Part shown: piece by piece, positions 8,748-22,700 of the stretch
How the letters are laid out: each line of letters begins with the position of its first letter
How positions within the stretch are numbered: the stretch's first letter is position 1
Assembly: GCA_913775595.1 (NCBI GenBank)
Contig: CAJYLB010000001.1
Coordinates: 930,001 to 994,000 of the forward strand
Source: an uncultured Aquiluna sp.
Lineage (GTDB): Bacteria; Actinomycetota; Actinomycetes; Actinomycetales; Microbacteriaceae
Length of the DNA: 64,000 nt
Reading direction: 5' to 3'
Notes under the pieces: generated by a model
The model's database searches: none
What the model saw: the letters and a program-made list of their open reading frames with translations, nothing else
What the model was told of the DNA's origin: nothing
Program-made: the position numbers and the translations under genes

Positions 8748-9999
8748 CTGCCTTCCTCAGGTCCGGCAGCTCCCAGGGTCTTGAGATAAATATCAAGGTC
8801 ACAAACGACCCACCAAAGAGCAGGCCGATGAGCACTCCAAGGTCCGCCGTGACGGTGCTATCGAGCATGAAGTAGATGCCTGAGATGAGGCTAGCGAGAG
8901 TGAAATTGAAAACTCCCAAGAGCGATGATGCCGTCCCGGCCTCGGAACCGTGGTTGTAGAGAGCAATGGTTGGAATCACCGTCAACCCGGCTCCAAAGAT
9001 AAACAGCTCGATAAAGAAGAAGGTCTCCGCCCAGAAGAAGGATGTCCCAGAAGTCAGCACCAGCCCAACACCTACCCCAACACCAATGATGCTGTAGGCG
9101 GCGAGCAGCCAGTGGCCCTGGATGAACTTTGCAAGGTATGCACCAACCTGTACGCCAACATAAGAGGCTGCGCCATTGATGGCCATCCAGACCCCGAAGT
9201 CCGTGGGGCTAACACCAAAGCCGTCCTGGAAGATAAACGGCACGAAGTTGAGATAGCTGAAGAGCGCACTCAATTGGAATGCGGCGTAGAACATAAGTCC
9301 AATAAAGACCCTGTCTTTCAGCACATTCACATAGCCCCTCGCAAGACCCAGAGGTGAACTGCTGCGCCTTGCAGCAACAGGTAGCGTCTCGATCAAGAAG
9401 ACATTCGCAAAGAGCAGCAGCACCAAGGTCACAAGCGCAAAAAACAAAAAGACGCCCTGCCACGCCACCAGCTCAGTCAGCTGGGAACCCAGGATCGGGC
9501 CCAGAATCGGGGCCAGCGATTGAACCAGAAACACCCTGGCCAGCATTTGCCGCATTGGCTGACCCCGGAACAGATCCCGAATCACGGCCCTGGCAACTAC
9601 ATCGCCACCCGCTGCAAAAAAGCCCATGAAGAATCTCAGGGCTATGAAGGTCTCAATGTTTGGGGCGAAGAAGGCGAGCGCCGTGGAGATTAAGTAGCCG
9701 CTCATTGTTAGAAGCAGCAGCGGCCTCCGCCCAAATGCGTCTGACAGCGGGCCAATTAACAGCTGCCCCAAGGCAATACCAACGGTGACCCCAGTGAAGG
9801 ACGCCTGCACCACTCCGTTGGCAACCCCAAAGAACTGACCTATCGCAGGAAAGGCGGGTAGGTAGGGGTCAATCGTGAATGGAATAAGGCTCATCGACAG
9901 AGCCAGAATGAAGATGTAGACCACTAGCAGCTTTTTGCTTAGCTGGTCGCCGGAATCTATGACCCTGCCCTTTGCGCTGGGAATCTTGGGTAAGGGCAC
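8740..9999 (-). CDS. Bcr/CflA family multidrug efflux MFS transporter
   Basis: IDPYLPAFP, GQLLIGPLSDAFGRRP, ARAVIRDLF, APILGPILG. Start placed at GTG 9999, just after the Dyp stop. Confidence 0.85.
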   Translation of the reverse strand: MPLPKIPSAKGRVIDSGDQLSKKLLVVYIFILALSMSLIPFTIDPYLPAFPAIGQFFGVANGVVQASFTGVTVGIALGQLLIGPLSDAFGRRPLLLLTMSGYLISTALAFFAPNIETFIALRFFMGFFAAGGDVVARAVIRDLFRGQPMRQMLARVFLVQSLAPILGPILGSQLTELVAWQGVFLFFALVTLVLLLFANVFLIETLPVAARRSSSPLGLARGYVNVLKDRVFIGLMFYAAFQLSALFSYLNFVPFIFQDGFGVSPTDFGVWMAINGAASYVGVQVGAYLAKFIQGHWLLAAYSIIGVGVGVGLVLTSGTSFFWAETFFFIELFIFGAGLTVIPTIALYNHGSEAGTASSLLGVFNFTLASLISGIYFMLDSTVTADLGVLIGLLFGGSFVTLIFISRPWELPDLRKADV

Positions 10000-10000
10000 G

Positions 10001-11197
10001 CTAAGAGAATAGTGCTTCGGCGAGCAGCTCAGACTCCCCAGCTCCGCGCGCAATTGCGTAGACACCAGACCCAATTGGCACGGTCCACTTATTCAGAAGA
10101 TCCAGCTGGTCGAGCCGGCGCTGAATCGGCAAGTACTGCTTTGAGATATCCCTTTGGTAGGCGGTCCAAAGTAGCCCCACATCCATGGAGCCCTGCTCGT
10201 TCATTCCGTTGTCATAGCTAAACGGCCTGCGGAAGATTCGCTCGCCCTCGGCCCCTGGTGCAGCTCGCCTAATGTGAGCAAATTCTGGAATCACCAGCAG
10301 CCCGTTTGGGTGCCTTGCACCTAAGTCCGGAATGTCAGTCTCGTTTTCTCCCGTGAGGGGTGCTCCGTTTGAAAGCTTTCGGCCTATGACCTCTTCTTTG
10401 CTCGGCGTGCCAAGCTGGTCCCAGGTATCAAGCTGCATTGCAATACGCCTGAAAACTAGAAGCGTTCCGCCCCTAATCCACTCAGGACCTTCATCAATCC
10501 AAACCACAGAGTCAAAGTCGCTTGAACCAAGCTCGGGGTTGGCGGTGCCATCAACCTGGCCCATGAGATTTCTATGGGTCAAGCCGGCAGGAATCATCCC
10601 TGGTGAGTGTGCGAAGCCTGGCTGCACCCATCGAACACTTGCAAACGGCATCGAGTCACGAACGAGCCCTCGGGTTCCATGAGCCAGGACGATGGGATCA
10701 TCAGCGGCGATGTGAATCAGCACATCGCCACCTGAGTAGCGCTCTTCCAACCTGTCGACATCGAAGGCAGGCAGTTCCTCAAATCCAGTTGGAAGCTCTG
10801 ACTCGAGCCCGAGCTTTGCAAACAAACTGGGTCCGAACCCCACATAAGCGGTAAACCGCGCTGGCCCAACTGCCAGCTCGGGAGCTGGATCCGCGAGCAC
10901 CGGCTCTCCTCGCATCAGCCTAGAAATGTCATCGGTGAGAAGCCTCATCCAGCGCAGCATGTCGGCCTTGGTAACGCTGTCTTTGATATCCAGCGCGACC
11001 ATGTTGGTGACGGCCTGGATCTCGAGCTCAATGCCGGGTTGGTTCTTGCCGTAGAAATCTGCGCTGCGCCCGGCGGCAAAGGTGTCGAGGTTCTGCTCCG
11101 CAGCGATAGAGGCTCCCGCGGCACCGACCGCAATACCCGCGGCACCAGATGCCGCGGCGGCAGCACTACCTGCTAGAAAGCCCCTGCGCGAAACCAA
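10001..11197 (-). CDS. Tat-exported Dyp-type heme peroxidase (EfeB-like)
   Basis: Twin-arginine SRRGFL; RNLMGQVDGTANP (GxxDG); AHIRRA proximal His; IFRRPFSY. Confidence 0.9.
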   Translation of the reverse strand: MVSRRGFLAGSAAAAASGAAGIAVGAAGASIAAEQNLDTFAAGRSADFYGKNQPGIELEIQAVTNMVALDIKDSVTKADMLRWMRLLTDDISRLMRGEPVLADPAPELAVGPARFTAYVGFGPSLFAKLGLESELPTGFEELPAFDVDRLEERYSGGDVLIHIAADDPIVLAHGTRGLVRDSMPFASVRWVQPGFAHSPGMIPAGLTHRNLMGQVDGTANPELGSSDFDSVVWIDEGPEWIRGGTLLVFRRIAMQLDTWDQLGTPSKEEVIGRKLSNGAPLTGENETDIPDLGARHPNGLLVIPEFAHIRRAAPGAEGERIFRRPFSYDNGMNEQGSMDVGLLWTAYQRDISKQYLPIQRRLDQLDLLNKWTVPIGSGVYAIARGAGESELLAEALFS

Positions 11198-11680
11198 TTA
11201 GTTGTCCATCTCCGTATCGCTGTGGTACTCCTCGTCGCCGCCCTCTGCGGGCTTTGCGACGATGCCATCAATTGTCAGATCCTCGGCACCATCAAAGTCA
11301 AAGGTAACTGAGATTTCTTCCCCTGCCTCCAGGTCGTCAGTAAGCATCATCAGCATTAGGTGGTTTCCGCCCGGCTCGAGGACTATCGACTTCCCGGCAG
11401 GGATTACTAGGCCACCGTCTATCTCCTGCATCATCATCTCGCCACCGATCATGCTCATCTCGTGGACCTCGACAACTCCAGCAATCTCAGTGGCACCGCC
11501 TACCAGCACCACATCTTGTGATGAGTTGTTAGTGAGCGTTCCATAGACCGCGGTCATGCCTCCGCGGGTGCTCATCTCGGAAGATTTCACCCAGAGATCT
11601 TTAGCCACGACATCGCCCGAGGAAGCACAACCTGCAAGAAATATTGGAATTGAGAGAAAAAGTAAGAGGGTCTTCCGCAT
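11198..11680 (-). CDS. Copper chaperone PCu(A)C lipoprotein
   Basis: Lipobox LAGC; Cu(I) motif HEM...M...LEPGGNHLML. Confidence 0.9.
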   Translation of the reverse strand: MRKTLLLFLSIPIFLAGCASSGDVVAKDLWVKSSEMSTRGGMTAVYGTLTNNSSQDVVLVGGATEIAGVVEVHEMSMIGGEMMMQEIDGGLVIPAGKSIVLEPGGNHLMLMMLTDDLEAGEEISVTFDFDGAEDLTIDGIVAKPAEGGDEEYHSDTEMDN

Positions 11681-11874
11681 TTCTTTCCTTAGATGTCGGT
11701 ACTCAGGCGCATAATTTGTGAGCCTCAGATGCTAATTCTACACCTTGTAGAAACAGAGTTTTAGGAATTTAGGTAAACATGTCCCGACACGCGGGAGTTG
11801 TTACCGCCTTAAAGTTCAAGTTGTGGGTTAATGTTGGGGAAAATAACTAAATAAGTGAATTTTTTCGCATTTCA

Positions 11875-11890
11875 CTACTAGATGTAGTGG
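11875..11890 (+). promoter_or_regulatory. NrdR box upstream of nrdH
   Basis: ctaCtAgATgTaGtgg fits the palindromic NrdR consensus acaCwAtATaTwGtgt and lies about 100 nt before nrdH. Confidence 0.7.
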
Positions 11891-11986
11891 TTTGGTGCTA
11901 ATGTTTGAAGTCTGAAATTTGCGAGAAATTTCACAAGAATTTGCCGAAAATGAGGCCAAAAGGCCAAAGAAATGGGGAGGGAACCA

Positions 11987-12211
11987 ATGGCGGTGACCGT
12001 TTACACATTGCCAGCTTGCGTTCAGTGCGACAGCACTAAGCGCATGCTGCAGCGCAACCAGGTCGAATACAACGAGGTAGACATGAGTCAGGACCCAGTT
12101 GCGCTTGAGATGGTAAAGACCATGGGGTACACAGCAGCACCAGTAGTCGTCGCAGACGAAGAGCACTGGTCAGGCTTCCGCATGGACAAGATCCAGGCTC
12201 TTTCGGCTTAG
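11987..12211 (+). CDS. nrdH: Glutaredoxin-like NrdH
   Basis: CVQC redox motif, WSGFRMDKI; GGAGG SD before ATG 11987. Confidence 0.95.
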   Translation: MAVTVYTLPACVQCDSTKRMLQRNQVEYNEVDMSQDPVALEMVKTMGYTAAPVVVADEEHWSGFRMDKIQALSA

Positions 12212-12223
12212 CTGAGGTATGAG

Positions 12224-12612
12224 ATGTTCGATGTTGTTTACTTCTCGAGCGTCTCGGAAAACACTAAGCGCTTCGTTGACAAGCTAGAGGCCAAAGCCGT
12301 TCGGATTCCGATCCGGACCGAGGAAGCCGCAGAGTTTGTTCACGACAGGGACAGCGTTTTGGTTCTCCCCACCTACGGTGGCGGGAACGACAACTCGACT
12401 GTCCCAAAGCAGGTAATCAAATTTTTGAATAACCCTGACAACCGGAAACACATCAAGGCAGTAATTGCCGGAGGAAACACCAATTTTGGTTCTCACTTCG
12501 GCAAGGCCGGCGACATCGTCGCCGACAAGCTGGGAGTGCCAGTGCTTTATCGCTTTGAAATCACTGGCACACCAGAGGACGTAGTAGAGGTCAAGGAAAG
12601 GCTGGCACAGTT

Positions 12613-12631
<19 letters not shown>
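12224..12631 (+). CDS. nrdI: Class Ib RNR flavodoxin-like assembly protein
   Basis: [26 protein letters not shown]. Confidence 0.95.
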
Positions 12632-15775
<3,144 letters not shown>

Positions 15776-15784
15776 GGAGGGAAC

Positions 15785-15832
15785 ATGGACTGCAACTGCG
15801 GTAAGGATTCTTGCAACTGCGGCAAGCACTAA
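15785..15832 (+). CDS. Putative 15-aa Cys-rich micropeptide MDCNCGKDSCNCGKH
   Basis: Hand translation. AGGAGG SD (15775-15780) overlaps the nrdF stop; two CNCGK repeats; ORF ends before the operon terminator. Confidence 0.65.
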   Translation: MDCNCGKDSCNCGKH

Positions 15833-15846
15833 ATCAAACCAAAGCT

Positions 15847-15880
15847 GCCGGGTGACCAATTGGTTACCCGGCTTCTTTGT
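15847..15880 (+). terminator. Intrinsic terminator of the nrdHIEF operon
   Basis: GCCGGGTGACC-aatt-GGTTACCCGGC stem followed by TTCTTTGT. Confidence 0.8.
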
Positions 15881-15895
15881 CTCTAGAGTGAAGGA

Positions 15896-16732
15896 ATGAA
15901 CATGGACAGCGCGCTACTTCTGGCATTCGCTGTCACCCTGGGCGCTGGCCTGGCAACCGGAATTGGTTCAACAATTGCCTTTTTTGCAAAGACAACCAAC
16001 AAGAGCTTCTTTGCAGTCTCGATGGGATTCTCAGCTGGCGTGATGATTTATCTCAGCTTCGCTGAGATCCTCCCCAAAGCAACGCAGTATGTCGAGGAGT
16101 ATGTAACCGCCACTGAGGCTGCCGGCATTGCAGCTGGTGCTCTGATCGCAGGGCTTGTCTTGATGGCGGTAATCGATGCTCTGGTTCCCTCTGGAGCAAA
16201 CCCCCACGAGAACACAGATGTTGAGCTCCTGGGGAGCTCTGACACACCCCTGCAAGGTGTCGATGAAGTAAGGAACAAGGCCCTCCTGAGGATGGGAGTG
16301 TTTGTAGCCCTGGCAATTGCCATCCACAACTTCCCCGAGGGTCTCGCCACATTCTTGCTGGTGCTCGATGACCCACAGATTGGAATTGCGCTTGCAATTG
16401 CGGTTGCCATGCACAACATCCCTGAGGGCATTGCGGTCTCAGTGCCGGTTTATTACGCCACCAAGTCAAGACTCAAGGCTTTCAGGCTTAGCTTCCTCTC
16501 AGGTCTGGCCGAGCCCGCAGGAGCCGTCATTGGCTACCTAATCCTCGCCCAGTTCCTAAACCACTTCGTACTGGGCATCATCTTTGCAATGGTGGCCGGA
16601 GTCATGGTCTTTCTCGCCATAGACACCCTGTTGCCTACGGCTAGGAACTCAGCCAGGGGTCACCTAACCGTTTATGGTGTGATTGCAGGCATGGCGGTGA
16701 TGGCTGCCAGCTTGGTGCTGCTTCGGCTTTAG
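15896..16732 (+). CDS. zupT: ZIP family divalent metal transporter
   Basis: GFSAGVMIYLSF, AIAIHNFPEG, MHNIPEGIAVSVP, SGLAEP. Confidence 0.9.
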   Translation: MNMDSALLLAFAVTLGAGLATGIGSTIAFFAKTTNKSFFAVSMGFSAGVMIYLSFAEILPKATQYVEEYVTATEAAGIAAGALIAGLVLMAVIDALVPSGANPHENTDVELLGSSDTPLQGVDEVRNKALLRMGVFVALAIAIHNFPEGLATFLLVLDDPQIGIALAIAVAMHNIPEGIAVSVPVYYATKSRLKAFRLSFLSGLAEPAGAVIGYLILAQFLNHFVLGIIFAMVAGVMVFLAIDTLLPTARNSARGHLTVYGVIAGMAVMAASLVLLRL

Positions 16733-19700
16733 CGAGTTCGGGTCGTAGTCCGAATGTAGAACTGTCGGTTGATATAAACATCAACGATGATGTCGTATCC
16801 GGCTCCAGTGAAGCGGACTATTCGTGAGTAGGTGAAACGTTTATAAGGACTGATCGGGTCTTGGACCAGCCACTTCCCTGCGACCTTGGCACTGAGCCTT
16901 TGGCCATCGAGATCTGCGGTGTAGATGGCAATGTAGCCCTTGAATGTTCCAACCGTCACCTTGCCCTTCACGATGACAGGTATTGACATGGTCACGAGCT
17001 GTCCCTGAGCGTTCAAAGTTCCAATCTGAAGCGTGTGCTCACCAGGCAGCAAATCACTTGGCAGCGGCAGCTCTGATGCAAATGCGCCGAGGGCGTCAAT
17101 TTCTACGGTGCCAAGGTATTTAGGCGTTGAGAATATCCAAACCTCCACATAGCTGTTTGGTTTCAGCCCTTTCCCGCTCACCTTTGCCTTAGAGGCTATC
17201 TGGAGCTCTAGAGTCAGACTCTCGGTTACCTGAGAGACGGTCTCCTCACTCCTCACAGCACCGACGGAGACCTCCCAGTCAGTTCCCTTTGCAACCAGAT
17301 TCTTTTCGGTGGTATCCGGAGTAAAGATCACCTTCTCGGTATCACCACTCTCGTCGCCAACCGGACCCGAATCCTTTGCAGGCGTCGATGGTGGAGTTGG
17401 TATAAAGCCGATCTTTGTTGGTGGAGCATCTTCGGGTGGAGTCACCACTGGTGGCGTTGGAACAACAGGTACTACGGGTGCTGGCTGGGGGTTGTTCGAC
17501 ACCGCGGTCCAAAGTGCATAGAGAGTCACATTGTTGTCTATACCCGGGTCATAAGGGAATGTGACCTTTGTGGAGACGTCGTTCAAAGTTGTTGACCAAC
17601 CACTGAAGGTGAAACCGGATCTTGACGGCGATGCGGGTTGAGCTATGGTGCCACCGGCGATGAAGCTACCGCTTGCAACCGCCGAGCCGCTGTTGGAGTT
17701 GAAGGTCACAGCGTAGTTCGCAAGCGCTGGGGTGACTGCGGTAGAGGCTGTACTTGCTACCGAGTCACCGACGACGTTGGTCGCTTTCACGCTGAATGTG
17801 TAGGAAGTTCCATTAGTCAGGCCAGCCACGGTGCAGGAAGTAGTTGCAGTGGTGCAGGTTTGGCCGCCAGAGGAGGTGACTGTGTAGCCAGTGATGGCGG
17901 AACCTCCGTCGGAGGTTGGTGCCGTCCAACTAACTACTGCCTCTTCGCTGGCAGCAGTTGCGGATACTCCAGTCGGCTTATCCGGAACCGTCGAGGCAAC
18001 AACAATCTCTGGGTCCTCGGTGAGCTCAACCGTGATGGTGCCGTCCGCGGTTGCTCGACCAAGCTCAGTGATCTCCGTTCCAATGACCTGGTAGATCAGC
18101 TGGCCCTTCTTGATTGCAGCTGAATTCAATGTGACTGAGATGGCCTTACCGGCATCTGTATTCGGAACGGTTGCGGTTTTTCCTGAGCCATTAATCCAGG
18201 AAACAAGCAAAGAGAAGATGAAGTTATTGTCGCCGGGGATCAATGACTCCTGCCGCTCAGTGTCCTTGAAGTATTGTGCGGTAACCACCGTGTTGGCTGG
18301 CAAGGCAGCGTCCGGCACACTTACCGTTGCACTAGCACCCGTTGCAGCATGGTTTCGGGTAATGTCTCCTCCGCTTCGCCCAGCATCATTTCCAACTGTT
18401 AGAACTGCTGCGGTCTCCAAAGCAGATGGGTCAACACCGTACAGCGACTTCTGCACCCAGCGGGCATACATCTTCTTGGACTTGTTTGGCGTGTGGCTCT
18501 GACCGCCATTTCCAATCTTGTTGCCACCTGTCTCGGAGTCGTACCAACCGGTAAAGACAAAGCCGGGTCGCACGGGAGTGGGAAGAGTAATTGCAGATCC
18601 TCTGCCGACCGAGCCAGCTCCTCCCGCACCTGTTGTCGCGCCATAGCCGTCGTAGGTCAAGGTGTAAGAGCCGTCATCCCATAGTGCGTAGAGGATGCCG
18701 TCTGCGGTTGGACTGTGGGTGGTCAAGGCAGCGCCACCTGGAACTGTCGACCAGCCTGCAAACTCGTAACCGTCTCGGAAGTATGTCGTGCCATTAGGCA
18801 GGCTCATATTTCCAGTACCAACGGTGTAACTGTCAGAGACCTTGGCATTCTCGCCAACCTTGACTTGACCCCCTTGCCAGTCATAGGTAACCGTGTAGAT
18901 GTTTGGAGTCCAGTTAGCAACAAAAGACACGTTCGAGGAGCCAACGACAAAATTGGCACCGGCAGGATAGTTATTCGACCCGTCTGACCAGTGCGAGAAG
19001 GTGTAGCCAGCCTTGTTGCCGGCAGATGGCAGTGTCAGAGTCTGACCGATTGTCCGACCCAGAGGGCTGTTGATTACTGCATCTCCACCGTCAGTGTCAA
19101 AGTTCAGGTTGTAGGTAGTTGCAGTCCACTGTGCATAGAAAACTGTATTCGCACTTGGTGTGTACGTACTCAGCTCACCTACCGCGTTCTGAGCAGCGTC
19201 ATACCTGTCGCTAGTTCCTGCCGCGTCGGTTGTCCAGTGAGAGAAGGTGTAGCCGGTTCGCGCTATGTCTCCCTTTGAGCGAATCGAATATGCCTGTCCG
19301 ACAGTCGCTGTGTCGTAACCACTCGTTGCGCTGAGATCAGGTCCGCCCGTGCCACCGTTTGCGTTATAGGAAATCCTGTACTGATTTGGGACCCAAACTG
19401 CATAGAGCGTTTCGCCACCTATTGGGATGGTCACCGTGCTGCCCGGTGCGTAGCTGTTTCCAGACCCATCGCTCTCGGTGCTCCACCCAGCGAACCAGTG
19501 GTTTGCCTTTGCCACATCCCCGCCAACATTCGAGACAACCACGGTGTTCTCGATGTTTTCGCTCTGCGCTGTCGGGATGGTGCCGCCACCTCCATTCAGG
19601 TTATAGGTGAAGGTGTAGTCGACCGGTGTCCAAATTGCATAGAGCGTGACGTCCTGAGTAGGTGCAAGGGTGGCACCAATGTCACCCCCGGCTCCCGAGG

Positions 19701-22700
19701 GAGAAGTGTTCCAGCCGTCGAAGGTGTACCCAGCCTTAACCATGGTTCCGCGTCCAGGAAGCGTGACACTGGTTCCTGGTGAAGTCGTGTAGTTGTCGGA
19801 TGCCTTGGCAAGCGACCCCGAGGTTGCACCATTGCTTGAGTAGGTGATTGTGAAGGTGCCGGCTGTCCACTTTGGATAAAGATTTAGGTTTGCAGCAGAA
19901 CTGAACTGGATGGTCTCGCCTGCGTTTTTGGCGGTTCCGCTGCCATCGGCGTTCGTTACCCAGCCGGAGAATACATAGCCCGTTCTGGTCAAACCACCAC
20001 TGTTCGCCTTGATAGTTGCGGAGCTCAAGTAGGTATAGGTGGAGCCATCAACCGGAACAGATCCGGAGGTCTTATTTGTGCCGTTATATGTAAGTGTGAA
20101 GGGGTCTGCACTCCATTTGGCATTCAATGTCACGTTCACCGATGGGGTGTAGGCGTCGCCCGCACCGCCAACTCGGGCCAGATAATCGCCCACATACCAA
20201 CCCTCAAATGTGTAGCCGGTTCGAGTTGGTGTCGGCAGGGTAATCGCGGCTCCGCCTGTTTGGTAGGACTTAGAAGCATCGTTATCTCCACCATCAGCTC
20301 CGTGGTAATCAAAACCAACGGTGTAAGTGTTGGCAGTCCACTGGGCATAGAGGATGTCGTCGGCAGCGAGATTAATGTCCGCCTCGTCCGCGTAGTCAGT
20401 GCCCGAGCCATCAGCTGCAGTATCCCAACCGGCAAAAGAATATCCGGTCCGGGTAAAGGTGTTTTCTCTAAGTGCTGTCGCCGTGCTTACCGGCACTCGC
20501 TGGGTTACGTCTCCAGCTCCACCAACATAGTTGGACTTAAAGGTGACGGTAGGGTTCGAGAGATACTTGGCATACAGGGTCAGAGACCTCGCGGTGCTGT
20601 AGTTAGAGCCCGGAGCAACATCGGTTCCATTGCCGTCAGCCTGCGTGTTCCAGCCGCTGATGTACTTATTCTCCGGAGGAGTGATGCCGGTGGTTGCCTC
20701 GATCTGATAGACAGAGCCGCCCTGCTCATAAGTTCCAGAGCTTGGCAGCGTGCCGGAACCTCCGTTTATGTCGTAGGCGATGGTGTATTCATAGCCACTT
20801 CCAGCCAGAGCAAGTGATGGTCCTGGATAGGTTGCGTTCTCTGAAGAGGCCAGAGTTAGGTTTGCCTGGCTGTCCGTATCGCTCCGGCGCATGTAGATCG
20901 TTACTGCGCCATCTGCATCGCCATTTAGGAAATTGTCCAGAGCAGCGGTTGCTAACGCGTATTTCTTGCCAACCGTTGAATTACTCGTTGGAATCGAGAT
21001 TGTGCCCAGATAGGTTGCGCTCTTGGGGTTCCATGGCCAGCTGTTTGCTGTATCAAGACCCCATCCCTGTCCAGTTGTCCGTGCCTCTGTGAAGTCGAGC
21101 GAATTTTCGTCCCAAGAAGCGTCAGATGCGCCATAAACGTCAATGTTGAAGCTCGTGTAGGTGCGGTTGTAGCCGTTATTCCTGCTGCCGTCAGAGTTGC
21201 CGGTTACATAAACCTCTAGTGCAGCACCTGACCAATTGAACGCGGGGTCATAAGAAAACTCCGCATAGGAGACTCGGTTGTAGCTGTTCCCAATCGAGCT
21301 GGAGGCGTTCTTGAAGAGAAGGTCTGTACGGGCGCCAAATACAGTATTGGCACTAGAGCCTGACTGGACCCAGGTGTCGCCGAGAGCCTCAATAGAAGTT
21401 GACTCCCAAACTGGGTAGAGAGTGATGTCAGCCTCAGTTGTGTATGCAGCACCTAGGGCATGGTCGGTAGTTGACCCATCGCTGTTGACAGACCAGCCTG
21501 CGATTTGATGGTTCGCCCGAGTGAACCAACCCTCTGCCGTTGCCTTGTTGGCTAGAGTCAGGTCAACTCCATGAGTCTTTGTGGCAGTTTGACTGGAGCC
21601 CGCACCACTATCCCCGGACTGATAGGTAACGGTGTAGGAGTTTGGGGTCCACTTTGCATAAAGGGTTAGCCCTGAATCGGTCGAGTAATTGGCGCTTTCT
21701 GCATAGTCAGTACCTTCTCCGTCAGCCTGGGTGTTCCATCCTGCGAATGTGTACCCCGTCTTTGCCAAGGTCCCACTGTTGGAAGCTAGCTGTAAGGCAA
21801 CTCCTTCAATCTTGACCTGACTCGAGGGAACGCTTCCTGAGTTAGAACCATTGTCGTTGTAGGTCACGGTATGGGAAGACAGCGTGGTGACACTTGCCTT
21901 TGCTGATTCACTGCTCGTGACATAATTCCCCGTGCCTACGGCAGTCAGGGAGATCTGGTACTGCGTGGCATCCGCTATATTTTCGAAACTTCCGGCAGCG
22001 GCGCTAATCGTGTAGCTTGTCAGCCCGCTCGCAAGAGAAATAGTGTCCAGCAATGAGGTTCCGGCCGAGTCATAAATCTTTAGAGTGTACGAAGATGCGT
22101 TGGCAACTGCTGTCCAAGAGACATCGATTGACTTCAAGGTTTGTGCAGTAGTCGCCACCGTAGGGGTCCCAACGTTGGTCAGATTGATCGTTGGAACCGT
22201 AATCGTAAAGTTAGAGGTAGTCTCTGCCGTGCCTGCTTGATCAGTTGCCGTTACAGCCAATGAATAGCTTCCCGCCGTAGTTGGAGTTCCGCTAATTGCC
22301 CCGCTAGATGCGGATATGCTCAACCCGGGGGGCAGGCTGCCTGAACTTACTGAAAAGGTCTTGCTTCCTTTACCACCTGGTGCAAATCCTGGAAGGTTGT
22401 AAGCAGCTCCAAGAGTCGCCGACAGACCAGATGATGGTGCCCGAATACCAAGATCGAAATCTGCATAGGACACGGCTGTTCCGGTGCCATTTTCGGACAG
22501 GTCTTTTGAACCAACAGAGTCCTCGCCTCTATTGGAGGAGTTGTCAAAGGTGTACAGGTGTTCGAGGTTGCTCACACCTCCGCTACTTGCGCTATGCATC
22601 GAGGTTTGCACCTCGGACAGAGTCAAGGGCTTTGACCAAACTTTGACTTGGTCCACGTAGCCAAAGAAGACGTGGCGTGGGGTCCCGGCTTGGTAGTAGG

